From the NCBI GenBank assembly GCA_905215035.1, contig CAJMOJ010000002.1:4077-68076 (forward strand): a stretch of DNA of 64,000 nucleotides, read 5' to 3'. The stretch is from an uncultured bacterium (GTDB lineage Bacteria; Actinomycetota; Coriobacteriia; Coriobacteriales; Eggerthellaceae). Below the pieces are notes generated by a model that had not been told where the DNA came from, did no database searches, and saw nothing but the letters and a program-made list of their open reading frames with translations. This document shows, piece by piece, positions 1 through 9,182 of this stretch (the stretch's first letter is position 1; each line of letters starts with the position of its first letter). Position numbers and translations under genes: made by a program.

Positions 1-210
1 CTTATGGGTATTATGCTGACGGCACAATTTGTTAATGGCGTAATTCTGCCTGTTCTTTTAATATTTATGGCTATTATTTGCACTGATCGACACATGATGG
101 GATCGCATACGGTCCCCCTTATTACGCGCATTCTGCTCTACATTACTATTGTCGTAGTTGGAATTTTGTCGATCATCTGCTTAATCATGCAGATTTTTGG
201 CATTGGTTAG
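1..210 (+). CDS. C-terminal end of an Nramp-family divalent metal transporter (truncated by the window edge)
   Basis: Hydrophobic helices with QFVNGVILPVLLIFM, resembling Nramp/MntH C-termini. Confidence 0.6.
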   Translation, partial: LMGIMLTAQFVNGVILPVLLIFMAIICTDRHMMGSHTVPLITRILLYITIVVVGILSIICLIMQIFGIG

Positions 211-390
211 CACCAGCAAAAGATGAATTCAATCATTGTGTAACAAAAGAATCACTACTCGCTTCTTTTCCTCATTATCAACTATGTTTGAGATTACGTC
301 ATTTGTAGGTACGCAGTCACACCATCGCACCTACCATGCACGCACTGTACCTTTGCGCCATACTCGCACTGCACGCGAAAGGATGCCCTC

Positions 391-1134
391 ATGACCAGCG
401 CACACACTTCATCTCACACGTCTGATACGTCACGCGATACTCACGCTATAGAGGAACGCACCGCTCTACGTCGTGAGGTCTTAGCAATACGTCGCAAATT
501 AGATGAAGCCTATCGAGCACATAAATCAGCTGAGATCTGCAAGCGACTTATCCAATCACTCGACATGACACTCATGCTTACCGACCAAGATCCATCGCAG
601 GCCATTATTGCTGTTTATTCAGCATTTCCTGACGAAGTACAGCTCCATGATTTTATTCAAAATGCCTACGAACAAGGTTGCTCAATAGCGTTTCCTGTCA
701 TTGTGCAAGACGCCCACAGCGACAATGACACGCAACAGACCATGGAAATGCGCCTTGTTGATCAGATGACCTACGAATCCATTATGCAAGTCGATGGGTC
801 AGGACAGTATATTGTTAATCCCACGAATCCCTACCATCAAGCAGAAACACCTGAAAGCTTTTTGGCCAACCCGCTTAAAACCTATCAGCACAATGATCCT
901 ATGCTTGCTGATTTTCCCTATGTACGCGCTCAAGATCTTACTATGATCGTGGTTCCTCTTGTTGCGTTTGATAAGCAGGGCAATCGTCTTGGCTATGGGG
1001 GCGGAAATTATGATCGTTACCTCACGCAAATTCAAAGCGATACCCGTGTTGCCGCTGTTGCTTTTGCAGAGCAGCAGGTTGATGAAGTACCCATTGAACA
1101 ACACGATATCCGTGTTCCTATTATTGCGCTCTGA
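391..1134 (+). CDS. 5-formyltetrahydrofolate cyclo-ligase
   Basis: VPLVAFDKQGNRLGYGGGNYDRYL and EQHD motifs; AAAGGA RBS upstream. Confidence 0.93.
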   Translation: MTSAHTSSHTSDTSRDTHAIEERTALRREVLAIRRKLDEAYRAHKSAEICKRLIQSLDMTLMLTDQDPSQAIIAVYSAFPDEVQLHDFIQNAYEQGCSIAFPVIVQDAHSDNDTQQTMEMRLVDQMTYESIMQVDGSGQYIVNPTNPYHQAETPESFLANPLKTYQHNDPMLADFPYVRAQDLTMIVVPLVAFDKQGNRLGYGGGNYDRYLTQIQSDTRVAAVAFAEQQVDEVPIEQHDIRVPIIAL

Positions 1135-1226
1135 GATCTCTCCACTCTAAGACATCCCTAAAACACCCTATCTGTGCACCATTCAAACACTATTCAAACA
1201 TGAGGACCGCGTTAGGGCCGAACACT

Positions 1227-1262
1227 AGAAATGCAGAACAGGACAACCTGTTCTGCATTTCT
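1227..1262. terminator. Hairpin between convergent genes, probable bidirectional terminator
   Basis: Perfect 16-bp inverted repeat AGAAATGCAGAACAGG-acaa-CCTGTTCTGCATTTCT. Confidence 0.7.
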
Positions 1263-1344
1263 TCACTGACGCACTTCAGCAAGTTTATAGCTGACGTGTT
1301 TTATTCTTTATGTTCTATTCTCCTTATAATTCCCTTTGGCAAAT

Positions 1345-1665
1345 TTATGCTTTAGTGAGAGGACCTTTATGGTTCTGAAGGCCGCCCTCCATGTCATAAA
1401 CTTTGGTATATCCCATATCACTTAGCTTCTTGCCTGCAATCGCACTATGCATGCCTGTCTGACAATAAACCATAATAGGTGCATCTGTCTCGCTCGCAAT
1501 CTTTGCCGCACGTTCTTTATCAATCTGGTCCCATGGGATATTGATTGCACCAGGCAAATGACCTTCGTCATACATTCCCTCAGGGCGAACATCGAGTACT
1601 ACCGGATGCTCAACCTCTAAAATTTCATCAGCTTGTTCAGGGGTAACTTTTACTGGATCTGCCAT
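1345..1665 (-). CDS. Rhodanese-like domain protein
   Basis: LDVR, GHLPGAINIP, active-site YCQTGMHS, DMEGG; AGGAGG RBS. Confidence 0.93.
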   Translation of the reverse strand: MADPVKVTPEQADEILEVEHPVVLDVRPEGMYDEGHLPGAINIPWDQIDKERAAKIASETDAPIMVYCQTGMHSAIAGKKLSDMGYTKVYDMEGGLQNHKGPLTKA

Positions 1666-1725
1666 ACCAATCTTCCTCCTCCTGTTATCATTGTCTGCGA
1701 CTCACATCACGCGTTTATAGGTCAC

Positions 1726-1753
1726 ACGTCTATACATCAACGTCTATACATCA
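1726..1753. repeat. 14-bp tandem duplication ACGTCTATACATCA x2
   Basis: Exact repeat in a divergent intergenic region. Confidence 0.85.
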
Positions 1754-1933
1754 CAGGCCGTGATTTTCTTACGCTTTTAGTCTAGTCGTCTTAACGCTAT
1801 ACGCCCTAACGAGCGATCGGTAAGTAAAAAGTCTGATGAGATTTTGTAACACGTCCGTTGCACTTCTTTGTTGTAATCCCCTATCGCTCAGCAATACCAG
1901 TAGCATACCTATCAGCACAGCAAAGGAGTCATC

Positions 1934-2956
1934 ATGAAATCCTATCCTTACGTTCAGCCAAAATGGCCACGTATTATCAGCGTGGTTATCCTTGTCTTTA
2001 TGGGTCTCTTTATCGCCATTGTTGCTGGAATTAATGTATATATACACACTACCTACGCCACATTTTACGATCAGGCTCACGAGCAATTTGAAATCCCTGG
2101 CATTAATAACGGCTTTATCCCCCAAGACCTCGATTATTTAGACTCAGCACACATGTGGTTCTTTAGCGGATATATGAACGATGGGAGCCCATCGCCTCTT
2201 TATAAAAGAGTAAGCACTGAAGCTGTTGATGGAACCACGACTGAGACAATTACTAAAATCCAACTCGCTAATCCCGATGGTACCCCCTATAAGGGTCACG
2301 GATCTGCCGTCACAACTACTGATACCTATGCTTTTGTTGCAGCCGATATGAGTTATCTTGTGTTTGATGCCGCAGCATTAGCCGCCGCACAAGAAGGAGA
2401 AACCGTCACAGCACTTGATCGCATTGACCTTGATTTCAGTCCTGCTTTTATGAATATTGAAGATGATGCCCTTTATCTGGGTGTGTTCTATCACCCTGGC
2501 GACTACGAAACACCCGACACCATGCACATCACCACACCAGATGGAACGGAAAATCCCGCCGTTATGTACTGCTACCCACAGGACAACACACAGCCCTATG
2601 GATATGCTCGTGTACCAGCTTGTGTATATTCCATTCCAGGAATGATTCAAGGAACTTGCCAAACCGAATCGGATGAAATTGTGCTCTGTCAATCCTTTGG
2701 TATAAACACCTCACACCTGTATGTTTACCGCCAAGACAATCTTGTCCAAACAGGCACCTATCTTGCTGATGGAGTTGAAGTCCCCCTTTACTGCCTTGAC
2801 CAACAAAGTCTCACTAATGATGTTGTAGCGCCTCCTATGCTTGAGGGTATCGAAAACCACCTCGGTCGTGTATATGTAACCGACGAGTCTGCTTCTAATA
2901 AATATATCTTTGGCAAATTGTATGGAGCTGGCCATGTATACGCACTCGCTCTCTAG
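1934..2956 (+). CDS. Membrane-anchored or secreted hypothetical protein, possibly beta-propeller
   Basis: 340 aa, AAGGAG RBS, N-terminal TM helix, recurring blade-like motifs (IPQDL, MIQG, PMLEGI). Confidence 0.6.
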   Translation: MKSYPYVQPKWPRIISVVILVFMGLFIAIVAGINVYIHTTYATFYDQAHEQFEIPGINNGFIPQDLDYLDSAHMWFFSGYMNDGSPSPLYKRVSTEAVDGTTTETITKIQLANPDGTPYKGHGSAVTTTDTYAFVAADMSYLVFDAAALAAAQEGETVTALDRIDLDFSPAFMNIEDDALYLGVFYHPGDYETPDTMHITTPDGTENPAVMYCYPQDNTQPYGYARVPACVYSIPGMIQGTCQTESDEIVLCQSFGINTSHLYVYRQDNLVQTGTYLADGVEVPLYCLDQQSLTNDVVAPPMLEGIENHLGRVYVTDESASNKYIFGKLYGAGHVYALAL

Positions 2957-3100
2957 TCGTTCCTTTAACCAGGAATGTTCTATGATTGCGGCATGTTTTT
3001 TGCCTCTCATGCATTCACTTTTTTACGCTAAGTAAGCGCTATCATAGAATCTAGTCCAACAAATCTCGTTCAACAAAAAGTTCGTAAGGGATGAAACCTC

Positions 3101-3820
3101 ATGGCTATCACCTATCATTTAGATCCACTTGGACCTGAACGCCCTACCCAAGAACAAATTAACGCAGCTAAAGCGGCTCATCGCAAGCACGTTCAAAAAC
3201 CGGATGATGGTGCAACTAAAGCACAAACTCCCGAAGCGCTTGTGGAGGGCGCCCGAATGGCAACCGATCGTGCGTTTGATATGCTTATTGACTACATGCG
3301 TGCCGAACATGACAGCGGCTATTTAAATTTGTATCGTTTGGTTCCCCTTGCAGCGCTCGTATTAGGAGACCGCGTGCAAGTAGGAAATGCTTCACGCTAT
3401 GTGTATTACTATGCCAAGAGCCAAGGATACGAAATCCCCTCGTATCCCCTCTCGTCATCAGGAGAAATTAAACAATTTTTTGCCGATGAGGGGGTAGCGA
3501 ATATCCCAGAATGGTATGAAAAGATTGGTGTTTCCCTTAACGACTACCACGACCTTCAGACCATGACTGCGGTAGCCGTACGCGGCCGCGGCACGCAACG
3601 CACCCTTTATCTTATCAGGGGTAATTTCATTAACAATTGGCTCGAATTTACTTCTCTCGAACAAAGTGGAATCACTAAAAAATTGCCTGGCTATCAGCTA
3701 GCATATTTACTTGAAGCCATTGGAAGGGCCGCTCTTGCCACCAATCATGAAAACAACAAGAGCGCTAATCCTCCGGTCACCGTTGAGTATTTGGATTTAC
3801 CTAATCCAAACCTCATGTAA
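3101..3820 (+). CDS. Hypothetical protein
   Basis: 239 aa ORF with AAGGGA upstream; no recognised motif. Confidence 0.7.
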   Translation: MAITYHLDPLGPERPTQEQINAAKAAHRKHVQKPDDGATKAQTPEALVEGARMATDRAFDMLIDYMRAEHDSGYLNLYRLVPLAALVLGDRVQVGNASRYVYYYAKSQGYEIPSYPLSSSGEIKQFFADEGVANIPEWYEKIGVSLNDYHDLQTMTAVAVRGRGTQRTLYLIRGNFINNWLEFTSLEQSGITKKLPGYQLAYLLEAIGRAALATNHENNKSANPPVTVEYLDLPNPNLM

Positions 3821-3870
3821 AGCCACGTCTAGCACCACGTTGTCGTGAGAGACCAGATAACGCCCGCTTT

Positions 3871-4080
3871 CTATCTAAACAGTCGATTCATCTTTTGTGC
3901 AATGCGCTCAGTGCGCTCTTTGGTCTGCTGCACATCTCGTACGTACTCCCCATCAACAACAGTGAGTACATCACCTTCTTTAATTCCCGAAGGAAGTTCT
4001 GCAAGAGGGATAGTTTGCATGCTTTGATCATCCATCTCGCATACTGCATAGGCGCCTTCGAATCTATCAACAATGATCAT
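3871..4080 (-). CDS. DUF3006-family protein
   Basis: MIIVDRFEGAYAVCE...LPSGIKEGDVL...RIAQKMNRLF; start reassigned to ATG 4080 after AAGGAG. Confidence 0.85.
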   Translation of the reverse strand: MIIVDRFEGAYAVCEMDDQSMQTIPLAELPSGIKEGDVLTVVDGEYVRDVQQTKERTERIAQKMNRLFR

Positions 4081-4126
4081 TATTCTTATCTCCTTTAAGC
4101 CACAAGCAACCCGAGAATCTTTTGCG

Positions 4127-5758
4127 CTATGACAAGGTAGCAATCCGTACATCATCACCCGTTGATGTAGCAATAATTGTTCCATTTTTATCAGTTCGAT
4201 ACACTTTCACATTTTCAAGCGCATCAAGCACCTGTTGCGATGGGTGCCCATAAGAATTATCCTCACCAACCGATATCACTGCAGCACCAGGATTGAGCGT
4301 TTTAACAAGTGACTTGGTGGTACCTGTTCTGCTTCCATGATGAGACACTTTAAGCACCGTACAAGGCTGATATGCTACCGAGGACAAAATGTCGCTTCCC
4401 GCATCGCCCGTAAACAAAAATGAAGACTTTCCGTATTCAATACGCAGCACCACTGAAGCGTCGTTGAGATCATCAGGATTTGCATATTGTGAAGGAGAAA
4501 GAATACTTATCTTATAACTATCTGAAACAGAAGAATCTTTGGCACTTCCAGAATTTGTGGCATTCGTGGTCCCTTTGGCGCTCGTATCATGTGTTCCATT
4601 CTGAGAACTAGAAGGTGTAGCACTCGCACCATCGCTCACTGAACGCCCCTTATAAGCAGTGGTGATCTCAAGCCCTTTGTCTTCAACTGCATCTAAAAAC
4701 TCTTCAAAAATGCGCGTGTTGCTCTGAGCTTTGGGGGCATATACCGCACCAATGTCAAAGGATCGTAGCACTACTGGAAGCCCGCCGATGTGGTCTTCGT
4801 GCGGATGCGTCGCCACCACATAATCGATCCGATCGTATCCCAACGAATCAATATATCCTTTAACCACCCCCGACGACGCGCGCGTTCCCGCATCGATCAA
4901 CATTGTTTTTCCGTCAGGTAATTCAACAAAAGCGCTATCACCTTGACCAACATCAATGAAGTGAACCTTAAGCTCTCCGTCTGCCGACTGCGCAACTTGT
5001 TTGCTCCCTCGCGCTGATTCGAGTGCAGCAAGCGCGGCAGCCTTCAATGCGTTTGCCTTATCAGGCTCACCCTTTGCCTCAATATAAGCGGCAGCATCAT
5101 CAATCCATGCCTTACATGAACCGTAATCTGCCTGCGCGTAATCTACCTCTTTGAGGGGAATTACAATATCAGTAATGGGCGATGGGTCAGTCACATCCTC
5201 CCCATCAGTCCACTCTTGTCCCGTCTCAGTCTGGTACCGCAATGCCTCAACCGACCACAGCGTCGCATCAGACATCAAGACGTAATCAGTCTCAGGTTCA
5301 AGAGCGATCTTAATAGGATCTTCTGGAAATGCTAGATCAATCGACACCGCATCCGTCTCGGGGGACAAATCAACAACAGCATTACCCGTATCAGAATCAA
5401 TTTTTGCTAACGCTTGAAGCGGATCAGTGTTTTGTATGATTCCATCGGTAGTAGACGTGTTTACACATAACCCAATGGGCGAACTATCTTCGTCCCATAT
5501 ATCACTTTCAACGCGAGCCGTTATGGTTTGCGCAAATGCATTGCGCTCAGTTCCTGCCGCATAATCTTGCGATCCCAGTGCATTTGCTATAACTGAAATG
5601 CTTGCCACTACCAGCCACAGCACACAGACAATAAAACCGACAATAAGCTTTTTATTTTTTCGCTCTCGTGGCAAACGATGCGTCCATGAACGCGCAATAA
5701 GTACGATCCCGATGATTGGAATAACGCACAACGCCAACCATGCACCCAAATATTCCAT
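4127..5758 (-). CDS. ComEC/Rec2-like metallo-beta-lactamase-fold hydrolase with N-terminal TM helices and an unknown domain
   Basis: HFIDVGQGDS, LIDAG, THPHEDHIGG, FTGD, KVSHHGS, NSYGHP, YRTDKNG. Confidence 0.9.
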   Translation of the reverse strand: MEYLGAWLALCVIPIIGIVLIARSWTHRLPRERKNKKLIVGFIVCVLWLVVASISVIANALGSQDYAAGTERNAFAQTITARVESDIWDEDSSPIGLCVNTSTTDGIIQNTDPLQALAKIDSDTGNAVVDLSPETDAVSIDLAFPEDPIKIALEPETDYVLMSDATLWSVEALRYQTETGQEWTDGEDVTDPSPITDIVIPLKEVDYAQADYGSCKAWIDDAAAYIEAKGEPDKANALKAAALAALESARGSKQVAQSADGELKVHFIDVGQGDSAFVELPDGKTMLIDAGTRASSGVVKGYIDSLGYDRIDYVVATHPHEDHIGGLPVVLRSFDIGAVYAPKAQSNTRIFEEFLDAVEDKGLEITTAYKGRSVSDGASATPSSSQNGTHDTSAKGTTNATNSGSAKDSSVSDSYKISILSPSQYANPDDLNDASVVLRIEYGKSSFLFTGDAGSDILSSVAYQPCTVLKVSHHGSRTGTTKSLVKTLNPGAAVISVGEDNSYGHPSQQVLDALENVKVYRTDKNGTIIATSTGDDVRIATLS

Positions 5759-5854
5759 ATCTCCCCTACTGCACCAATCTATTTATACCAATCTATGTAT
5801 TTCTCTATCTTGAAGCGCTTCACTTCTCTACAACGATCAAACATCAAAACCTGC

Positions 5855-5890
5855 AAAAAAACGGCCTTCCGATTGCTCGAAAGACCGCTT
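5855..5890 (-). terminator. Rho-independent terminator of the coiled-coil surface gene
   Basis: Minus strand reads AAGCGGTCTTTCGA-gcaa-TCGGAAGGCCGTTTTTTT. Confidence 0.8.
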
Positions 5891-5970
5891 CCATCTTGCG
5901 TTGTGAGCAACGTCAATAATCACTCACCGTATAGTATCAGAGTCGCTTGAGACTCGTTGATACCACGCTC

Positions 5971-8871
5971 TTATTCTTGCTCTTTACGACGCTTTTCGCC
6001 GGCAAGTAAAGCAATTACAACACCAAGTATAATTGCTAACACGCTCGCAGTAAGAATCCAGGGCATAGCACTATTGTTCTCTTGCGCCTGTGCAAGCGGC
6101 ACATCCTCATCAGGAATAGCGGCAAGAGGATTAGCTTCATCAGTAATTACTTCTTGTACGACATCTGCGCCCTGAGCACCCTCATTAGTAGCAGTCTCAT
6201 CAGTAGCTTCAGTATCGGTTACCTCATCGGCCTCGTCAGCCTCTTCAGACTCTTCGACCTCAGATTCAATTGCGTCAGCACCGTTAGCGCCACCCGTAGT
6301 TGTGCTGCCTGCTGCACTTCCCGGTACATATGATGAGCCCGGCCAAGTTGCGCCAGGACGTGAAGGCTGGTTCGCCAATGCGTTGTTGAGTGCTTCAATA
6401 GCATTGTCGCGCGTCATAACGGCAACGTTGTAATTTGCCAATGCTTCAACATAGGCATTTTCAGACTCCGCAGCCACAACCTGAGCAAGCGCTGCCTCGA
6501 GCGCTTCTTCTGCCTCAGCAACGGCCTGCTGTGTCTCAGTAAGCGCTGCATCAGCCGCATTGATGTCAGCAGCCACAGCACCTAACCTCTCCTGCCACGT
6601 TGCCCAGTCCTCATCTTTTAACATGTCAGCAGGAACCGGATCAATACCTGCAGTAGTAAGATCCTCAGGTAAGGTTGCACCAATTGTCTCAACCACTACG
6701 TTGTACTGATCACGCAATGCTTCTTGTGCTGATGTGTCATAGTCATTCTCATCATATACTGCTGCTTCAACTGCTGCTTGTGCGGCATTCTCAGTTTCAA
6801 TTGCCTCAAGAACTGCCGCCTGAGCATTTGCTACATCAGGATACTGATTCTTCACTTCATCAAGCGCGGTCTGCGCATCTTGAGCAGCTACTTGAGCAAT
6901 CTCACGCTGTGCTTGAGCCTCAGCTAACGCCTGCTCCGCTGCTTCCTCTACCGCCGCTGCCTTTTGATACACTCCTGTTGCTGCGGCTACTTCACTTTCA
7001 GCCTGGATCTGTAAATATTTTGCCTGCGTAGTACCATCAGCTGCCTGATACCAATTATCTTCGGCTTGCTGTAAACGATTTACTGCAGCCGCAACCTCGC
7101 TCTTGGCATCAATAGTGTTCTGAGCTGCAGCCCTATCCTGCTGCGCTTCTTCAATTGCCTGCTGGATCTCAGCTTGAGATGCTTTTATCTGCGCAACAGC
7201 CTCGTTTGCCGCCGCACGATCCGCCTCTTTGGCCGCAAGATCAGATTGAGCAGTGCTAAGCGCTGCTTGAGCTGCTGGAACAACTATTTCATCAAGTTCC
7301 TTGTATGCAGCCGCACGGTCATCCGCTAATGCTTGTGCATTTTCAGCAGCTTGCACATAGTACATCCATTGCTCTTGTGCTGCTGCACTTGTTTGATCAG
7401 CCGCAATCCACTTATCTTGTGCTTCTGCTTCACCTTCAGTTTTTGCAGCAAGGTCTGCTTCAGCTTGATTCAATGCAGCTTGCAAAAGCTCAAGTTCTGC
7501 TTGAGCTGCCTCTAACTCTTCGAGAGAAGCAGATTTGCTTTCAAGCTCTGCAATCTTAGCCTCTTGAGCAACTACCGCAGCGCCTGCTTCATCAGCCGCC
7601 TTTTGAGCCGTATTCAAAATTGCAACAGCATCATCGTATTCTTCTTTTGCAGCTGCTAATTTCTCTCGTGCTTGTTCAGCTAGCTTTTCAGCATCCTTGG
7701 ACTGAGCAATTGCTTCATTGAGTACCTTTTCAGCATCAACAAGCTCACTAGCAACAAAGCCAAGTTGTGTTTTTTGCTGATCCAAATCATTTTGCGCACG
7801 ATTAACCTCATCGGCTGCTTGCTCATAGGCAACCTCTGCAGCCTCAACTGATGCGTTTGCCGCATCAAGAACGACCTCGGCTTCATCCCATGCAGCTTCA
7901 GCTACTGCAAGATCTGCTTCAGCTTGTGCAAGTGCTGCCTCTGCAGCCTCTAGCTCTTCTTTATCAAGGGGATCAAGAGTATTGTAGGTCTCATAGGCCT
8001 CTTCATATTCTGCATAAGCTGCGTCATAGGTAGTTTTAGCGGTATCCCAAGCAGCATCAGCGCGTGCTTGCTCTGCTTTCGCCGCATCAAGAGCAGCTTG
8101 AGCGGCCTGAGTATTTCCTTGTGTTGCCCAGAGCGCTTCTTCAGCTGCAGTAACTGCACCGTCTGCTGCGCGATACGCATCTTGCAACTCATCATAGGTA
8201 GCTTGTGCCTGATTAATTGCTTCAGCTGCCGCTGCACCATCAGGTGTAGCAACAATAGCATCAAGAATTTCTTGAGCAGCTTGGAGTTTTTCTTGTGCCG
8301 CCTTAAGCTCTTCTTGCTTTTCTGCATATGTTATTTGTGCATTAGTAAGATTGGTTTTAACCGCTGTGATTTGACTCGTTAGCGCCGCAGACTTTGCCGC
8401 ATAGTCTGCTAAAGCGACATTAAGCTGCTCTTGCGCACGATCAAGTGCTGCCTGCTTATCAAAAGTGGCAGCATCCTGGTTAGCTTGTGCCGCTTCACGT
8501 GATGCGCTCGCAGCATCACGATTAGCATAAGCAGCATTTACTGAACCTGATACGGCATCAAGCTCTGTTTGAGCTTGATCAACAAGATCATTGGCATCGT
8601 TAACAAGACCGCGCAATGTCTCAATATCAGTTTCGTTTTGCAGCGCATTCTGGATAATTTGTGCACCGGTACGTACCGTTGATGGTGCGGTCTGAATTGC
8701 TACATCAGGCACCTCAATAACAATATCTGAATCATCTGCAAATGCTGGTGTTAAGGGAGTCGCAGCCAAAAGTGCTGCGAGAGACAAACCGACCGTTTTT
8801 TGAGGCAACGTCATGCGATTGCGGATAATCGAATCACGTTGCGCCTGTTTACCCGTAAATGACATAGGCAA
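5971..8871 (-). CDS. Ala/Glu/Gln-rich coiled-coil cell-surface protein
   Basis: Signal peptide ending TPAFA, about 750 aa of heptad-like sequence, acidic linker, C-terminal TM helix and KRRK tail; GAGGAG RBS before TTG 8871/ATG 8865. Confidence 0.85.
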   Translation of the reverse strand: MPMSFTGKQAQRDSIIRNRMTLPQKTVGLSLAALLAATPLTPAFADDSDIVIEVPDVAIQTAPSTVRTGAQIIQNALQNETDIETLRGLVNDANDLVDQAQTELDAVSGSVNAAYANRDAASASREAAQANQDAATFDKQAALDRAQEQLNVALADYAAKSAALTSQITAVKTNLTNAQITYAEKQEELKAAQEKLQAAQEILDAIVATPDGAAAAEAINQAQATYDELQDAYRAADGAVTAAEEALWATQGNTQAAQAALDAAKAEQARADAAWDTAKTTYDAAYAEYEEAYETYNTLDPLDKEELEAAEAALAQAEADLAVAEAAWDEAEVVLDAANASVEAAEVAYEQAADEVNRAQNDLDQQKTQLGFVASELVDAEKVLNEAIAQSKDAEKLAEQAREKLAAAKEEYDDAVAILNTAQKAADEAGAAVVAQEAKIAELESKSASLEELEAAQAELELLQAALNQAEADLAAKTEGEAEAQDKWIAADQTSAAAQEQWMYYVQAAENAQALADDRAAAYKELDEIVVPAAQAALSTAQSDLAAKEADRAAANEAVAQIKASQAEIQQAIEEAQQDRAAAQNTIDAKSEVAAAVNRLQQAEDNWYQAADGTTQAKYLQIQAESEVAAATGVYQKAAAVEEAAEQALAEAQAQREIAQVAAQDAQTALDEVKNQYPDVANAQAAVLEAIETENAAQAAVEAAVYDENDYDTSAQEALRDQYNVVVETIGATLPEDLTTAGIDPVPADMLKDEDWATWQERLGAVAADINAADAALTETQQAVAEAEEALEAALAQVVAAESENAYVEALANYNVAVMTRDNAIEALNNALANQPSRPGATWPGSSYVPGSAAGSTTTGGANGADAIESEVEESEEADEADEVTDTEATDETATNEGAQGADVVQEVITDEANPLAAIPDEDVPLAQAQENNSAMPWILTASVLAIILGVVIALLAGEKRRKEQE

Positions 8872-8886
8872 CTCTCCTCAAAAAGC

Positions 8887-9051
8887 CCGAATATATACAA
8901 AGACCCGCAAACACATCCGGATTTATTGCAATACCTCTCAAAAAAATCTACAAGGCAGATTTTTTTGCAAAACGAAACTCATACTATAGAGTGCGTCACT
9001 GCAGCAAGGTTCACAACATGATGTTTGCGGGCTTATCTGTACTATATACGG
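8887..9051. promoter_or_regulatory. Upstream segment bounded by inverted repeats, with an internal hairpin
   Basis: Imperfect ~30-bp arms at 8887-8917 and 9020-9051 (exact core CCCGCAAACA/TGTTTGCGGG); internal 11-bp stem at 8939-8967. Confidence 0.5.
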
Positions 9052-9182
9052 ATACCTGAGATCCCAGCATGCAAAAAGTGCAAATAGTGCTGCTTAATGT
9101 CACATTTGCTGTCTATTTGGTAACAAACTTCTTACAGCTACGTATTAACTACTACATAACTACTGCACCTATGCTTCTTGTC

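Noticed and set aside
211..390. Possible 6S RNA upstream of the 5-formyl-THF cyclo-ligase gene (ssrS-ygfA synteny)
   Set aside because: Only a short hairpin (about 305-334) is visible, with no long terminal stem or central bubble; cmscan would be needed.
5971..8871. Phage tape-measure protein or SMC ATPase
   Set aside because: It has a signal peptide and C-terminal anchor, no Walker motifs and no neighbouring phage genes.
8887..9060. Canonical c-di-GMP-I or -II riboswitch
   Set aside because: Partial words (GCAAAC, GACGCA) occur, but the GNRA-capped stem and the spacing do not fit.
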